DNA from: the human T2T-CHM13v2.0 reference genome, Homo sapiens
Strand: one strand, 5' to 3'
Length of the DNA stretch: 64,000 nucleotides
NCBI RefSeq assembly: GCF_009914755.1
Contig: NC_060929.1
The position numbers and the translations under genes are program-made. The notes under the pieces were generated by a model. It saw only the letters and a list, made by a program, of their open reading frames with translations. It was not told the origin of the DNA and ran no database searches. Below, one piece after another: positions 1 through 13,117 of the stretch (within the stretch, counting starts at the first letter, position 1; each line of letters begins with the position of its first letter).

Positions 1-354
1 AATGTCAATGATGTGAAACCTGCTTAGTCAGAAAAAAAAGGGTTTCTAAGAATCTCAAATGTATGCCCCATATAAACTTTCCTCAAACAAAATATTTTCA
101 GAATTCTGAGTGACACTGTTTCTTAGCACACTGTTTAACAAGGAAATGTGGGTATGGCTTTTGTCAAATATAGTTGATACACTGAAGCTCACAATCGTTT
201 TAATGAAATAATAACAGTGCAGATTTAAAGAGACAAAGTGGTACAAAATTTTAAAATGCCTGAAGGCTGCGACCTTCGGTGGTCAGACAATAGGCTAAGA
301 AGTTTCTCAGTTGCAAGCCTTGACCTTCCCTTTTTAATAGAAAAAGATGAATAA

Positions 355-1330
355 CCCACAAATTATTCAATTAAAAAGTGGGCAAAGGTCCTGAACAGAT
401 ATTTCTCAAAAGAAGGCATACAAATGGCCTACAATATATGAAAAAATGCTCAACATCAATAATCATCAGGGAGATGCAAATCAAAACCATAATGACATAT
501 CATGTCACTCCATCTAGAATGGCTATTATGAAAAAGACAAAAAATTTCAAATGCTGGCCAAGGTACAGAGAAAAGGGAACTCGTATACTGTTGTTGGGAA
601 TGTAAACTAGTATAGCCATTTTGGTAAACAGTATGGTGGTTTCCCAAAAACTACACATAGAACTACCATATGATCCAGCAATCCCACTACTGGGTATTAA
701 TTCAAAGGATATGGCATTAACATGTCGATAGGGTACTCCTTTCCCATGTTTATTGCAGCACTATTCACAATACCTAAAATATGGTATCCACCTAAATATC
801 CATCAGCAAATGAATAAAGAAAATACTACTCAGTCATCAAAAAGAATGACATCCTGTAATTTGCAGCAACATGGATGAGCGTGGAGAACGTTATGTTAAG
901 CAAAATACGTCAAGCACATAAAGATAAATATCACATGTTCTTATTCATATATAAGAGCTAAGAAAAAGTTTAAGCTGTTGGAAGTAGAGAGTAGAACTGT
1001 GGTTACTAGAGGCTGGAAAAGGTGGGAGAAGGGGAGTATGGGAACAGGTTGGTTAACGGGCATGAAATTACAGCTAGATAGGAGGGATGAGTTCTGGTTC
1101 TACAGCACCCTACAGTGGTTAACCATAGGTGATTGTGTATTTTGAAAAAGCTAGAAGAGAGGATTTTGAGTGTTCACAACACAAAAAAAATGATACATGT
1201 TTGAGGTGATGAATATGCTATTTTTTCTCTGATTTGATCATTACACATTGTATACATCTATGAAAATATCTCTCTGTATCCCTTAAATACATATAATTAT
1301 TACCTGTCAACTTAAAAGGAAAAAAATTAA
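355..1330 (+). mobile_element. LINE-1 3' end (L1MA-type ORF2 C-terminus and 3' UTR)
   Basis: Decayed ORF2 end ([17 protein letters not shown]), L1MA-type 3' UTR (gtagagagtagaactgtggttactagaggctgg...gatttgatcattacacattg) and an A-rich end near 1320. Confidence 0.9.
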
Positions 1331-1339
1331 ATCACAAGA

Positions 1340-2265
1340 AATAATTTTCAGACAGTAGAACTACGATTTAATCAAGGAGCTGATATGCCTATCTGGATTT
1401 AAAATTGCTCTGGACCAGGGACAGTTCTATACTTTCCCTTCTTTTCCTCCCTTTATGGTTAGGAGTAAGTGCTGTGAGTATTCTATCTCTTTTTGCCATG
1501 TATGTTGAATTTTAGAGAACATTTATTTTTAGGTCGTAAGTCTTCAGCTTCACTTGCTCAAGCAACTGTACCTAAGGAACCTCCCTTATATCTATCTATA
1601 CCTTATTTAAATAACAAGATCCTGGACCTCATTTCTCAGTGTAACATTTTAAAGGGATAAATATTTCCAGGGTCTTGAAAGGGAAGAGTGTCTTTTGCAT
1701 GTGAGAATTATGTAAATAATAAATGGCCAGAGGGAAGAGAACCAAAGATGGCTACATGATCTTTGACTGTCCTCCCATTATGTCATAGGCTGAATTCACC
1801 TCCCCTTCATTCTCTGCTGGCCTTTTTGACCTGCTTCATGAATAGAATATGGCATAAGTGATATTCTGGACTTCCAAGGCAAAAACATTTTAAAAAAAGC
1901 CATGTAGCTTCTGCCTGTACCTCTTAAATTGTTCACAGTAGCAATGCTTCCTTTCCAAATCTAGATGTCATGTGGTGAAAATATCAAGCCACATGGAGAT
2001 GGCATTTAGGTCTACGGCCCCAGCTGGACTCCCAGCTAACAGCTAACATGACCTGCCAGCCATGCAAATGAGCCATCTTTGATGTCCTATGCATTTGAGC
2101 CTTCAGATCCTAGCAGTCCAAACCAACATGTTACTGCAACTGCCTGAGATTCCTGGCAAGAACCATCCACCTGAGTCCACTTAACTCATAGAAACATGAA
2201 AAATAACAACATATTATCGTTTTAATCCACTAAATGTGGGGTAGCTTGCTATGCAGTAAAAATTG
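1340..2265 (+). mobile_element. MLT1 (MaLR) internal 3' fragment plus LTR, old MLT1G/H-like
   Basis: Purine tract near 1725 followed by MLT1 motifs (gccatgtagcttctgcc, ccagccatgcaaatgagccatct, ccactaaatgtggggtagcttgctatgcag). Confidence 0.65.
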
Positions 2266-2324
2266 GATCTTAAAAAAAATGAAGAATCAATACAAGTATA
2301 CCTTATTCGAATTCAAAACGATAT

Positions 2325-3550
2325 GAAGACTTCCATTTACAGTTATGGCAAAGTAACTTGAATCATACTGCTCTCTTACCATAAATAACTATAAAAATCT
2401 GACAACAAATATAAAACAACTCTCTTTGGGCATTGGACAGCAACCAAAACAAGCATGTGATACTTGACTTAAAGGGGTAGCTGATATAATTCTCATACTA
2501 AAAGTGGATATCACAGTAAATTATACTGAAAATACAGTGTGAGGAAACAGAGGCCACACAGAGTTTGGAAATCATACTGGGTGAAAGAAACAGAGATCAA
2601 AGTTTAGGGCTGCCAAAGCTGCTAGGGTTTGGGACCAGGGTACTAATGCTAAGGAGAAGCTGCTAAGAAGAAATTGTGTAAGATTTCTCTTAGTTCAATG
2701 CTTAAGCTGCAGGTCTGTGGGTCCTCCAGAAGGACTAGGAGAGGATAACTACTTAGACACATACTGAGTAGAGATTTCAGAGGCCTTGTCAGTTCTGAAT
2801 AAACATTTGATTTCATTGGTAGTCAGAGAGGTTAGACATAGATAAGCATTTCAGGGTTAGGCGATACCCCCCAAAACCATGCCCAAAAGTAAGAAATTAA
2901 GGCTACATTCAAGGAGCAAATCTGAAGACTCACCCTAACATAGACACCACAGAGTAATTAGAAGGAAATTTAACTTTAAGCACATATGCTAGATAAAATT
3001 TGAAGGTCAATTTTCTAAGCTTCCATTGCTAAAAGCTATAGAAAATACCATCAAGAAAGAAATAATATAGGGCAATAAATTAATGAAATTTAAAACATAT
3101 ATAATAGAAAAATTCCACAAAGCCAAAAATATGTTTTTCATAAAGACTATTAGAATCAATAAATATTTAGCAATACAGAGCAAGAAATAAAATGGAGGAA
3201 ACACAAATTATAAATGCCTAAAAAGAACAAGGGAGATAACTACAGATCACAAGACATTCTTTTAATGACAGAATATTATGAATTACTTTATACCAATACA
3301 TTTTTAAATCTATATTTAAAAATGGTTGAAAAACACAATGTACTGTAATGGACAAAACAAGAGGTAGAAAATTAAATAGTCCTATATTTGTTTATTAAAA
3401 TGAACACATAATTCAAAACTTTCCCACAAAGAACACTCTAGTTGCATAGGACTTTAATGTTAAATTATTATGAAAATTTTAGGAAGAAAACAATAGCAAT
3501 ATTAAAAACTGTTTAACAAAATTATTTGTTTCTTTATCAAGGGAATGTAT
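2325..3550 (+). mobile_element. Ancient L1M fragments (5' region and ORF2 remnant)
   Basis: A-rich remnant resembling L1 ORF2 (gggagataactacagatc, ttcccacaaagaacactcta) preceded by L1M 5'-like sequence; highly diverged. Confidence 0.55.
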
Positions 3551-3659
3551 ATATAAAAATCCATTGAGATTAATACTTAAGATATGTGGATTTTACTGTT
3601 ATTTCTTAATTTTAAACAAAGTAAAACAACTTCACTGTCCACATGAGTGAATAGTACTA

Positions 3660-4500
3660 TAGTGATTTTCTATTGCTATGGAAAAAAATACCGCAAATTT
3701 AGTCGCTTAAAGCAAGACCAAGACACATTTGTGATATCACAGTTGTGGGTGAGGAGTCTCGACACATCTGTGATATCGCAGTTGTGGGTAAGGAGACTGG
3801 ACACATCTGTGATATCACAGTTGTGGGTAGGGAGTCTTGACACATCTGTGATATCGCAGTTGTGGGTAGGGAGTCTCGACACATCTGTGATATCGCAGTT
3901 GTGGGTAGGGAGTCTCGACACATCTGTGATATCGCAGGTGTGGGTAGGGAGTCTCGACACATCAGTGATACTGCAGTTGTGGGTAGGGAGTCTCGACATA
4001 TCTGTGATATTGCAGTTGTGGGTAGGGAGTCTCGACACATCTGTGATATCGCAGTTGTGGGTAAGAAGTCTGGACACATCTGTGATATCGCAGTTGTGGG
4101 TGAGGAGTCTATAGGCACATCTGCTTGGGTTTTCTTACGGTCTTTCTTACGGTCTTATCAAGGCTGCAATCAAGGTGTCAGGCAAAGCTGGGTTCTCATG
4201 CAGAGGCTGAACTAAGGAAAGATATGCTTTCAAGCTCCCTTAGATTTTTGGCAGAACTCATTCTCTTACAGTTATAGAATTCATGAATCCTTCCTTCTTC
4301 AAAGCCTGGAATTGAGAAGAAGATTGCACCAAGATCAGCTCTACACTCTTATTTATTCAAGTACTTGTAATCACAACAAACCTATCTACCTATCCCTTTC
4401 ATTTGATGTTTCGTTGGTCAGAATCAAGTAACAGATCCCACAAAAGCCTCAACACCATGAGGCAGGGTTTACAGGGCCACCTTAAAGTATGAGTGCCAAA
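3660..4500 (-). mobile_element. MLT1 LTR (MLT1D/E/F-like) hosting a VNTR
   Basis: ctattgct...aaatttagtcgcttaaagcaa and aaggctgcaatcaaggtgtcagg...ttcaagctc match the reverse strand of an MLT1 LTR. Confidence 0.75.
3722..4111. repeat. 39-bp minisatellite, 10 copies (GACACATCTGTGATATCGCAGTTGTGGGTAGGGAGTCTC)
   Basis: Units start at 3722, 3761, 3800 and so on to 4073; the 39-bp period explains the 13-aa repeat ORFs on both strands. Confidence 0.97.
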
Positions 4501-4969
4501 ATGATGTACATTCAGTTTATATCCTTAAAAAAAAATGACAGAGACTATATACGCTTATGTAAAAAAATGCCTTCCAACCATGTTTGATATACATTTGAGA
4601 TAACAGCAGTCTCCAACATTTATGAAGCACTTCTTCTAAAATTGTCGGTAAATAAAACATGTCAATGCTATAAGGGACTACTCTTAAGAATACCAGTTCT
4701 ATTATCATTGGTTTAAAAAGCTCCTGGCTTATTTGAAAAAATGAGTACTTACTTTTAAGTGGTTTTATATCTCAGTGTCCTGAAAGTGGTATTTCTCAGC
4801 ACATTAGGAGTATGTGATAATTCACCAGGACTTCCATGGTATAAGGACATTGACAAAGGAGCAACAAATGAAGTTAAGGAATCCTATAGTGAGAAAAATT
4901 TTAATACATTAAGGAAAATTAAGCCCCTTTGTCAACCCTCTCAGCAGAATAGAACTGAATTTTTCCATA

Positions 4970-7572
4970 CTCATGTTGAATTGGAAACTCCAGTGTTGGA
5001 GGAGGGGTCTAGAGGGAGGTGATTGGATCATGGTTTAATGCAGATGACAGGTTGATGGGTGCAGCAAACCACCATGGCTCATGTATACCTGTGTAACAAA
5101 CCTGCACTTTCTGCACATGTATCCCATAACTTAAAATATAATTAAAAAAAAAACCTGCCCATAACTCTGCTGGTTGTCTTTTCATTAAATCCTTCTTAAA
5201 ATACAAAAACAAACAAACAAAAATGGTTTGACAACATCCCCCTGGTGCTGTCTTATGATAGAGTTCCCCTGATGCCTGCTTGTTTAAAAGTGTGTGGCAC
5301 CGCCCACTCCTCTCTCTCCTGCCATGTAGACAAGCTTGCTTCCCCTTTGCCTTCCACCATGATTGTAAATTTCATAAGACCTCCCCAGCCATGATTCCTG
5401 TACAGCCCACAGAACCATAAGCTAATTAAAACTCTTTTCTTATAAATTACCCAGTCTCAGGTAGTTCTTTATAGCAGTGCAAGAACAAATTAATACAAAA
5501 AATTGGTGCCAGAGAAGCGGGGCATTGCTATAAAGATACGTGAAAATGTGGAAGCAACCTTGGAATTGGGTAACAGGCAGAGGGTGGGGCAGTTTGGAGG
5601 GCTCAGAAGAAGACAGGCCGATGAGGGAAAGTTTAAAACTTTCTAGATATTTGTTAAACAGTTGTGACCAAAATGCTGATACTGATATAAACAATCAACT
5701 CCAGGCTGAGGTGGTCTGAGATGAAGACGAGTAACTTCTTGGAAACTGGAGTAAGGTCACTCTTGCTATGCTTTAACAAAGAGACTGGCAGCATTGTGCC
5801 CCTTCTCTAGGGATCTGTGGAACTTTTGGACTTGAGGGAGATGATTTAGTATATCTCGTGGAATAAATTTCCACAAATTTTTTGAATTTCAAATTGAATG
5901 CTAAGCACCAAAATATTCGAGATGTTGTCTGGCAGCTTCTAACAACAGACACTCATATGCATGCACAAAGAGATTATCTGAAACTGAATCTTACATTTAG
6001 AAGGGAAGCAGAGCATAAATGTTTGGAAACTTTGCAGCCTGACCATGTGGTACAAAAGAAAAACCTATTTTCTGTGGAACAATTCAACCTGGCTGCAGAA
6101 ATTTGCATAAGTAAAAAGGAGCCCAATGTTAATAGCCAAGACAATGGGAAAAATGCCTCCAAGACATTTCAGAAACCTTTACAGCAGCCCTTCTCATTAC
6201 AGACCTGGTGGCCTAGGAGGGAAGGATGATGTTATGAGCAATGCCCAGGGCCCTGCTGCTCTGTGCAGCCTCGGGACTTGATGCCTGCATTGTGGCCACT
6301 TCAGCTCTAGCCACAGCTAAAATGGGCCAACGCACAGCTTAAGCTGTTGCTTCAGAGGGAGCAAACCCCAAGCCAAGGCTTGGCAGCTTCCACATATTGT
6401 TAAGTCTGTGGATGCACAGAGGGCAACAGTTGAAGCTTGGGAGACTGCACCTAGATTTCAGAGGATGCATGGAAACACCTGGGATTTCCAGGCAGAAGTC
6501 TGCTGCAGGGTCAGAGCCCTCATGGAGAAGCTCTACTAGGGCAGCATGGAGGGGAAATGTGGGGTTGGAACCCTCACACAGAGTGCCCCTGGGGAATGGC
6601 CTCGTGCAGCTGTGAGAAGAAGGCCACCGTCCAGACCCCAGAAAGGTAGATCCACCAGCAGCTTGCACTGTGCACTGGAAGAGCCACAGGCATTCAATGC
6701 CAGTCTGTGAAAGCAGCCATGAGAGCTGTACCCTGCAGAGCCACAAGGTTGGAGCTGCCCAAGTCCATGGGAGCTCATCCTTTGCATGAGTGTGGCCTGG
6801 ATGTAAGACATGGAGTCAAGTGAGATTATTGTGGAGCTTTAAGATTTAATAACTGCTCTGCTGGATTTTGGATATGCATGGGGCCTGTAGCTCCTTTGTT
6901 TTGGCCAAGTTCTTCCTTTGAAATGGGAGCATTTACCCAATGCCTGTCCCCGCATTGTATCTGGAAGTAACTAACTTGCTTTATATTTTACAGGCTAAAA
7001 TGTGGAAAAGACTTGCCTTGTCTCAGGTAAGACTTGCCTTGTCTCAGGTGAGACTTTTGACTGTGGACTTTTGAGTTAACGCTGAAATGAGTTAAGACTT
7101 TCAAGAACTATTTAGAAGGGATGATTGTATTTTGCAATGTGAGAAAGACAAGAGATTTCGGAGGGGCCAGGAGTAGAATGATATGGTTTGGCTCTGTGTC
7201 CCCACCCAAATCTCATGTCAAATTGTAATCCCCATTGTTAGAGAAGGGGCCTGGTAGGAGGTGATTGGATAATGAGGGCAGTTTCTAATGGTTTAGCACC
7301 ATCCCCCTGGTGCTGTCTTGTGATAGAGTTCTCCTGAGACTTGCTTGCTTAAAAGTGTGTATCACTTCCCACTCCTCTCTCTTCCTCCTGCTCCCGCCAC
7401 GTAGACATGCTTGCTCCTCTTTTGCCTTCCACCATGATTGTAAGTTTCCTAAGACCTTACCAGCCATGCTTCCTGTACAACCCACAGAATTGTGAGCTGA
7501 TTAAACCTCTTTTCTTATGAATTATCCAGTCTCAGGTAGTTCTTTATAGCTGTTCAAGAATGGACCAATACA
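4970..7572 (+). mobile_element. MSTA-like MaLR provirus: 5' LTR about 4970-5497, internal 5498-7178, 3' LTR 7179-7572
   Basis: Two similar LTRs ending in aataca; 3' LTR starts tgatatggtttgg after the purine tract gaggggccaggagtagaa; THE1/MST internal motifs; first ~30 bp of the 5' LTR are missing. Confidence 0.92.
5036..5222 (+). mobile_element. Short L1PA7/8-like 3' end inserted in the MSTA 5' LTR, with a candidate 3' transduction
   Basis: taatgcagatgacaggttgatgggtgcagcaaaccacc...A10 (5144-5153), then unique sequence and a second A-rich tail; ATGGTTT at 5030-5036 and 5223-5229. Confidence 0.85.
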
Positions 7573-7574
7573 AT

Positions 7575-8480
7575 CACCTTATACTTCTCAAGGTTCTCTT
7601 CCTGCTTCACTCTTGTTTCAATCTCTTATGCTGGTTATTTCTTTTTTTCCACAGCCTACATGTGGATCTTTTGTGAAATTGTTTGTAGCACTTTTTTCTT
7701 TCACAATACACTGTACATTTGACCTTGGCAGTTTTATTCATGCCTACTGCATAATTTTGCTCTGAAATAACTTTCAATTTTAAATTATCTTCTTCCCCAC
7801 TGCTTCTGTCTAAATATATATCCTTGTCTTCATATGCATGGAGTATTGCTTCCTGATTCCAAGCTTTCTCTCCCTCACTCACCCCTAGATTTGCCATTAA
7901 AGTGATTTTGCCACAACATAAATATAAAGACATCATTACTCTGCTTCACACCAATTAGTGGTTTCCCATTCATTATAGGATGAAGTCGAACTTCCTCAGC
8001 AAGGCAGAAAACACCCTTTATAAGCTGGTAAGTTCTTACAACTTCAGTCTCACCTCCCACAGTTTTTTCCTTCTAGATTCTTAATCCAACAATATTGAAT
8101 TATTTTTGAGTTATCCATGCCTGTAGAGCCGCTGTAAGAATGGAACACAGGGACAGTATGTACTGGTGGAAATGTTTTTCCTTCCCTATTTGGCATACGT
8201 TTATTCATTCTTTGAAACTTTGTTCACATGGCACCTCTTCTAGAAAGTCTTTCATTTCTCTCTAAATACACAATATAATGATTACCCTCTTCTCATTACT
8301 AATTCTACATCTTGTATATATCAATCATTGGATATCCTAATACTTATTTTTAACAATCTGTTTACAAGTGTGTTTGCTACAAGTATTGAGGGAAAATACT
8401 ATATATTTCATCATTATGTCTTCAGCCCATAACAGAGTGCCGGGAACAGAATCATGCATAAGAATTGGTTTATATATAGG
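7575..8480 (+). mobile_element. L2 LINE 3' portion
   Basis: L2-like motifs (catcattactctgcttcac...tggtttcccattc, ggcacctcttctagaaagtct, cagcccataacagagtgcc). Confidence 0.65.
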
Positions 8481-11400
8481 ATATAGAAACTGATTAATGC
8501 ATTTCCATAAATGGGGTTGAAATTAACAGCAGTTTTTCAATGTGAAATTCATTCTTATTAACAAATTGAAAGTGTATTCTTTTAAAATTTGAAGGCTTGA
8601 GAAGAAAAATTACAAAGTCTGATAAAGATGATATGTTAGTAGTTTTACCCCTCATTAAAAAAAATCAAGTTTCCATGGGGTATAAAAATACTTCTAAGAA
8701 GCATAAACCTTCTATACTCTGGAATGTAGTGAGCTGGTTTCCACCCACTAATCAACAGCAATACAGTAAATGGTATGTCAGCACTTTTGTAATGAGGCAG
8801 CTGTTCGTAAATAGTTACAACGTGATTATATTAATTCACATTGGAAAAAAATGTTGAAAACATCCATACTAAGGAAACTGGCTATTATTAACCCACAACG
8901 TAACATTAAATTAAGTATTTGCATGCACATAAACACCTTTACACACAATTTGAATACCAATATCTACATTAATTTTCTTTTCTAGATATAGGATGTGGTT
9001 AGATTAAAGCACTTCTGCTGCAAATAATTGCTGTCTCTTACAATTTCTCAATTCATATGCCTGTGCAGTTAAAGAGCAATGGCCTAAAATGTATTCTAAA
9101 AGGAAAATAAAAGACTCCCCCTACTCCCCTACTCACCCAAGTGAAGACTTGTAGAATGGTCTGTGATTAAAATAATTGTCATGTTCTATAACCTTACCCT
9201 CAGCTTTTATAGTCCAGCATTTCAATTTTATAATTATATCCATTTCTACTAAGTTCTCAGGTGTTGAATCAGGGCAATCAAAACTACCAAAGAACAGTGT
9301 ATAAATAAAAATGTAAATTTATTGCTGAATACATTTTCTAGTACTTTGAGTTCTCTTTCCTTCTTCTCAGGACATTGCCTTCCTGAGCCATGTGCCTGGA
9401 ATGCTCAGTTAGAAGTCACAGGTTTCCTTGGTAGGTTCCTTTCTGACCTCTACAGCAGACAGAAGATACCAACCGAAAGTAAACAAATAACAAACTCTGA
9501 AGCCACATTCTCCTAGCTATGAAAATTAAGCTGTGCTTCTGTTTCCCACTCTCTACTTCATACTTTGTCTTTTGCTTTCCTCTGTCCTGAAATCATCTCT
9601 CTCAGCCTGGCTCTATGATCATGATGCTTCTCTGAGGTAGTCATGCAGTGTCCTTCAGAAGTCCTGATGGTGCCACACACAGCAGTTTGCCTGAAATTAA
9701 TCCCCACCACCCACCCACCACCCCCACACTTGTCCCTGACATTTTAGAAACTTTCTCCTACCAGCAAGCACTAACCTGCCTTTCTTGTCTAGGAGCAGCT
9801 AAAAGGAGACAGACTATAGGTTAAAGAATCAGAATTGTTCACCAACTATGTAAAAGATTTATAACCTTTTCTGCTTAAAGTATTATACAAATCTCTAACT
9901 ATTAATATACATATGCCCCTGAGAGCTAAGATCTCTTTCCTCAAAGTTTGTTGAATTTCTAATTTTAAGTCCTCCTCTTTTTCATTAAAGATTCCACAGG
10001 CTATCTCCCTTCTCTTAATAAATCCTCTCTCTGCTAAGCTACAACACAGTTGAGACCTTTCAACTCACTGATCAAAAACAAGTATTTCTAAGTCCTGGTT
10101 TCCCAAAATGTATAGTCTAATCTTCTTAATTATATAAATTTTTCACACTTTTTAGCCTCATAATAATTTCTTCCCACCTCAGGGGCTAATCTCATCCATG
10201 TCATGTTTTTCTAATTTCCTGATAAATTTTCCCATATAGGAAAAATGAAGACTGGCATGCTGTGCCTAGACTGGAATAATAGTCTTGGAGATTTGGCAGA
10301 GCCCTGAATGTCTTATGAGCAGGGTTTATCACAGAGTGTGAGTGAGGGAAAGATCTGGAAAGAAAGTGAAATAATAAATTGAGCCAATTCTCCAAATATA
10401 GCATTAATTGAAAAATGTAAGGAAAGGAAAAAACAAGTGTGATTTAGCAAATAGAAGCAAAATTAATTGTATGAAAGTAGAGGTTTGAAGTATCCTGGAG
10501 TTAAGTCTCTGGGTTAAGTCTCTGGCATACATTCTATATTTTTATTTCATTTGGAAAATAAGGAATATTAATATTCAGAGTTCACATAGTGAGTTTGTTT
10601 TGGCTTGACTATCAAAGTTAATTTTCTAGCAATCAGCATTACCTAGCCAGAAATTTGTTTTAAAATATTAATTTGTCTTTCTAAAAAAAGAGTTGAGGAT
10701 CCCTATAACATCTTATTAGGAGATTACTATTTTGATTATGGATTATGGCATAACTCAACATTTTTCCATGCTGAGAAAGACTGGGATCCATACAACCAAG
10801 CCATAAACCCAAATATTCAACTCTAAGTTATACTCAAGAGAAATGTGTGCATATGGGGAACAGTCTTTATAAGAGAATTTTGTCGTGGACTATAATCATT
10901 TTTTATTCTAAGGCCCAGATTGAAGAACTGTTAAGAAGAAAACCAGATAACAAGTATCATTTATGTTTTTACTTTTTAATTTCGACATTGAATAATGAAG
11001 GCAATTTTTGTTTTTAAGGATGCATTATTGAAAATACATAATTTATTAAAATGTACAGGAAGGTTAGGGATTACTGGAATAGGCAATCTACGAAGCATAG
11101 GCTAAATCCATTTCCAAATATCTTCCTCAGGAGATCTAACAATATGTTTTGGCTTTACTATTTACTAAATTTCCTAAATATACTCATTATCTTATAAAAT
11201 GGGTATTCAACTCTATTTTCCTTATCTCCTACATTTTCTAGATGACTGAGTGAACTTATTTATTCACATTGCCTTAGTAGCATTCATTCCATGGGATGAG
11301 TGGGTTAACTCATATATATAAACCAATGCTATTTAGTTTACATTAACACAGATTTTTGTTGACAGTATATTAGATATTAGTTTTGAATAATAGACAAATA

Positions 11401-11639
11401 CATAGTGACCCATTTTGTAATGATTGATTATTTTACTGTGTGTTTTTTAACATAAAAAGTGTATAAAAATCTATAAAATCATTTTTAGTACACAGAAAAT
11501 ATATTCATAATTTAATCTTTTCAGGTAAATACTAAAAATATTATCATCATACTCTCCATTTAAATTCCTGATAAAATGAAATTGGCTTAAGATAAATAGA
11601 TACATATTATAAAACTTTTGGAAATAATTATCCCATTCT

Positions 11640-12720
11640 TATGAATTTAGATCCTATATTTTCTAAGTACAGAGATATGATTGCTTATCTTTGAGGCAGA
11701 AAGAAATTTTAAAAAATACTTCCAGATACAGATGGAACATGTTATAGCAAAACTACCAGACAAAATGTATAATATATAACATTTTGAAAGAGAAATACAG
11801 TGCATAATGATAGACTAAAAATAAACAAACAACCATAACTGACCTTTAAGGACCAGAAAAAGAATAGAAATGGGCCAAGAAAAAGGCTGAAAACTCAGTT
11901 GAAAAGTGTGCAAAAGACGTCAACAGGCACTTCAAAAAAGAGAATATTCAAGTGCCCAATAGCACACAACAATGTGCTCAATTTCACTAATTATCAGGGA
12001 AATGCAAATACAATGCTCCATAAAAGACCACTATACACATGCACCAGAAAAGAGTCATGAAAGGATGAAAAATACTGAGTTGGTGAGAATATTGACCAAG
12101 TCATGCACTGCTGGTAGGATGTAAATTGGTGAACCCATTTGAAAAATGGTCTAGCAAAATCTACTAAAACTGAATATATGTATACATTGTGGCACAAATA
12201 TTCAACTCTAAGTTATACTCAAGAGAAACATGTGCATATGTTTATCAAAAGACATCTACTAGAGTACATAGTATAAATATATCCATAATAGACAAAACTT
12301 AAATACAACAATAGAAGAGACAGTTTATGATGTATTTGCCCAATGGTATACTATACAGAAATGAGAATGAGCAATCTATGACTGCATGGAACAACATGAA
12401 ATGAGTCTAACAAACATAATCTCAAATGAAAAACACACAAAAGAAGGTATAATGTATTTTTTTCATTGGTAGTAGGCCAAAAATAGACAAAACTAGGTTA
12501 TGTTGTTAAAATTAGGTTGAACTTTATCCTTGGTCAGGACTGGTGAGGAGAGAGCATTAAGCCTAGAATAGGACACAAGACAAGCGTCTGGGATGCTGGT
12601 ACTGATCAATTACTTGGTCAGCATATTTGGTTACATGATTGTGTTCTGTTTATGAAAATTCATCATATATTTACTTATAACCCATGATGTTGTACAATAA
12701 ACATTAATCAACAAGTTAAA
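11640..12720 (+). mobile_element. Ancient L1ME-type 3' end
   Basis: aatgtgctcaatttcactaattatcagggaaatgcaaat, gcactgctggtaggatgtaaattggt, ctgggatgctggt...tttatgaaaattcatc. Confidence 0.8.
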
Positions 12721-12725
12721 ATACG

Positions 12726-13110
12726 TAGTCATACACTGCACAATGACATTTTGGTCAACGATGGAACACATATAGAATGGTGAGCTCTTAAGATTATAAT
12801 TGAGCTGAAAAATTTCTCTTGGCAAGAGATTTTATAGTGGTGGTAATGTTATAATGTAATATATTTCCTTTTCTATGTTTAGATATGTTTAGATACATAA
12901 ATACTTACTGTTGTGTTGCAATTTCCTACAGTATTAAGTACAGTCACATTCTATACAGGCTTATAGCCTAAGAGCAATTATAGCCTAGGTTTATAGTAGG
13001 CTATACTATCTAGGTGTGTCTAAGTAAACACACAATGACAAAATTACCTGACAACACATTGCTCAGAATGTTTTCCCCACCAACCACCCACCCACCCCCT
13101 CCCCAGTTAA
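12726..13110 (-). mobile_element. Tigger3/MER7-type DNA transposon
   Basis: agtcatacactgcacaatgacattttggtcaacgatgg...aagattataat and tatagcctaggtttatagtaggctatac match the reverse strand of Tigger3. Confidence 0.85.
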
Positions 13111-13117
13111 GCATTAA

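Noticed and set aside
3647-4215. Four overlapping 117-155 aa repetitive ORFs; array superficially CRISPR-like
   Set aside because: The ORFs result from a stop-poor 39-bp (3n) unit; units are contiguous with no unique spacers, there are no cas genes, and the DNA is mammalian
5882-6811. ORFs of 62-135 aa in the relatively GC-rich segment
   Set aside because: All lie inside the decayed MSTA internal region
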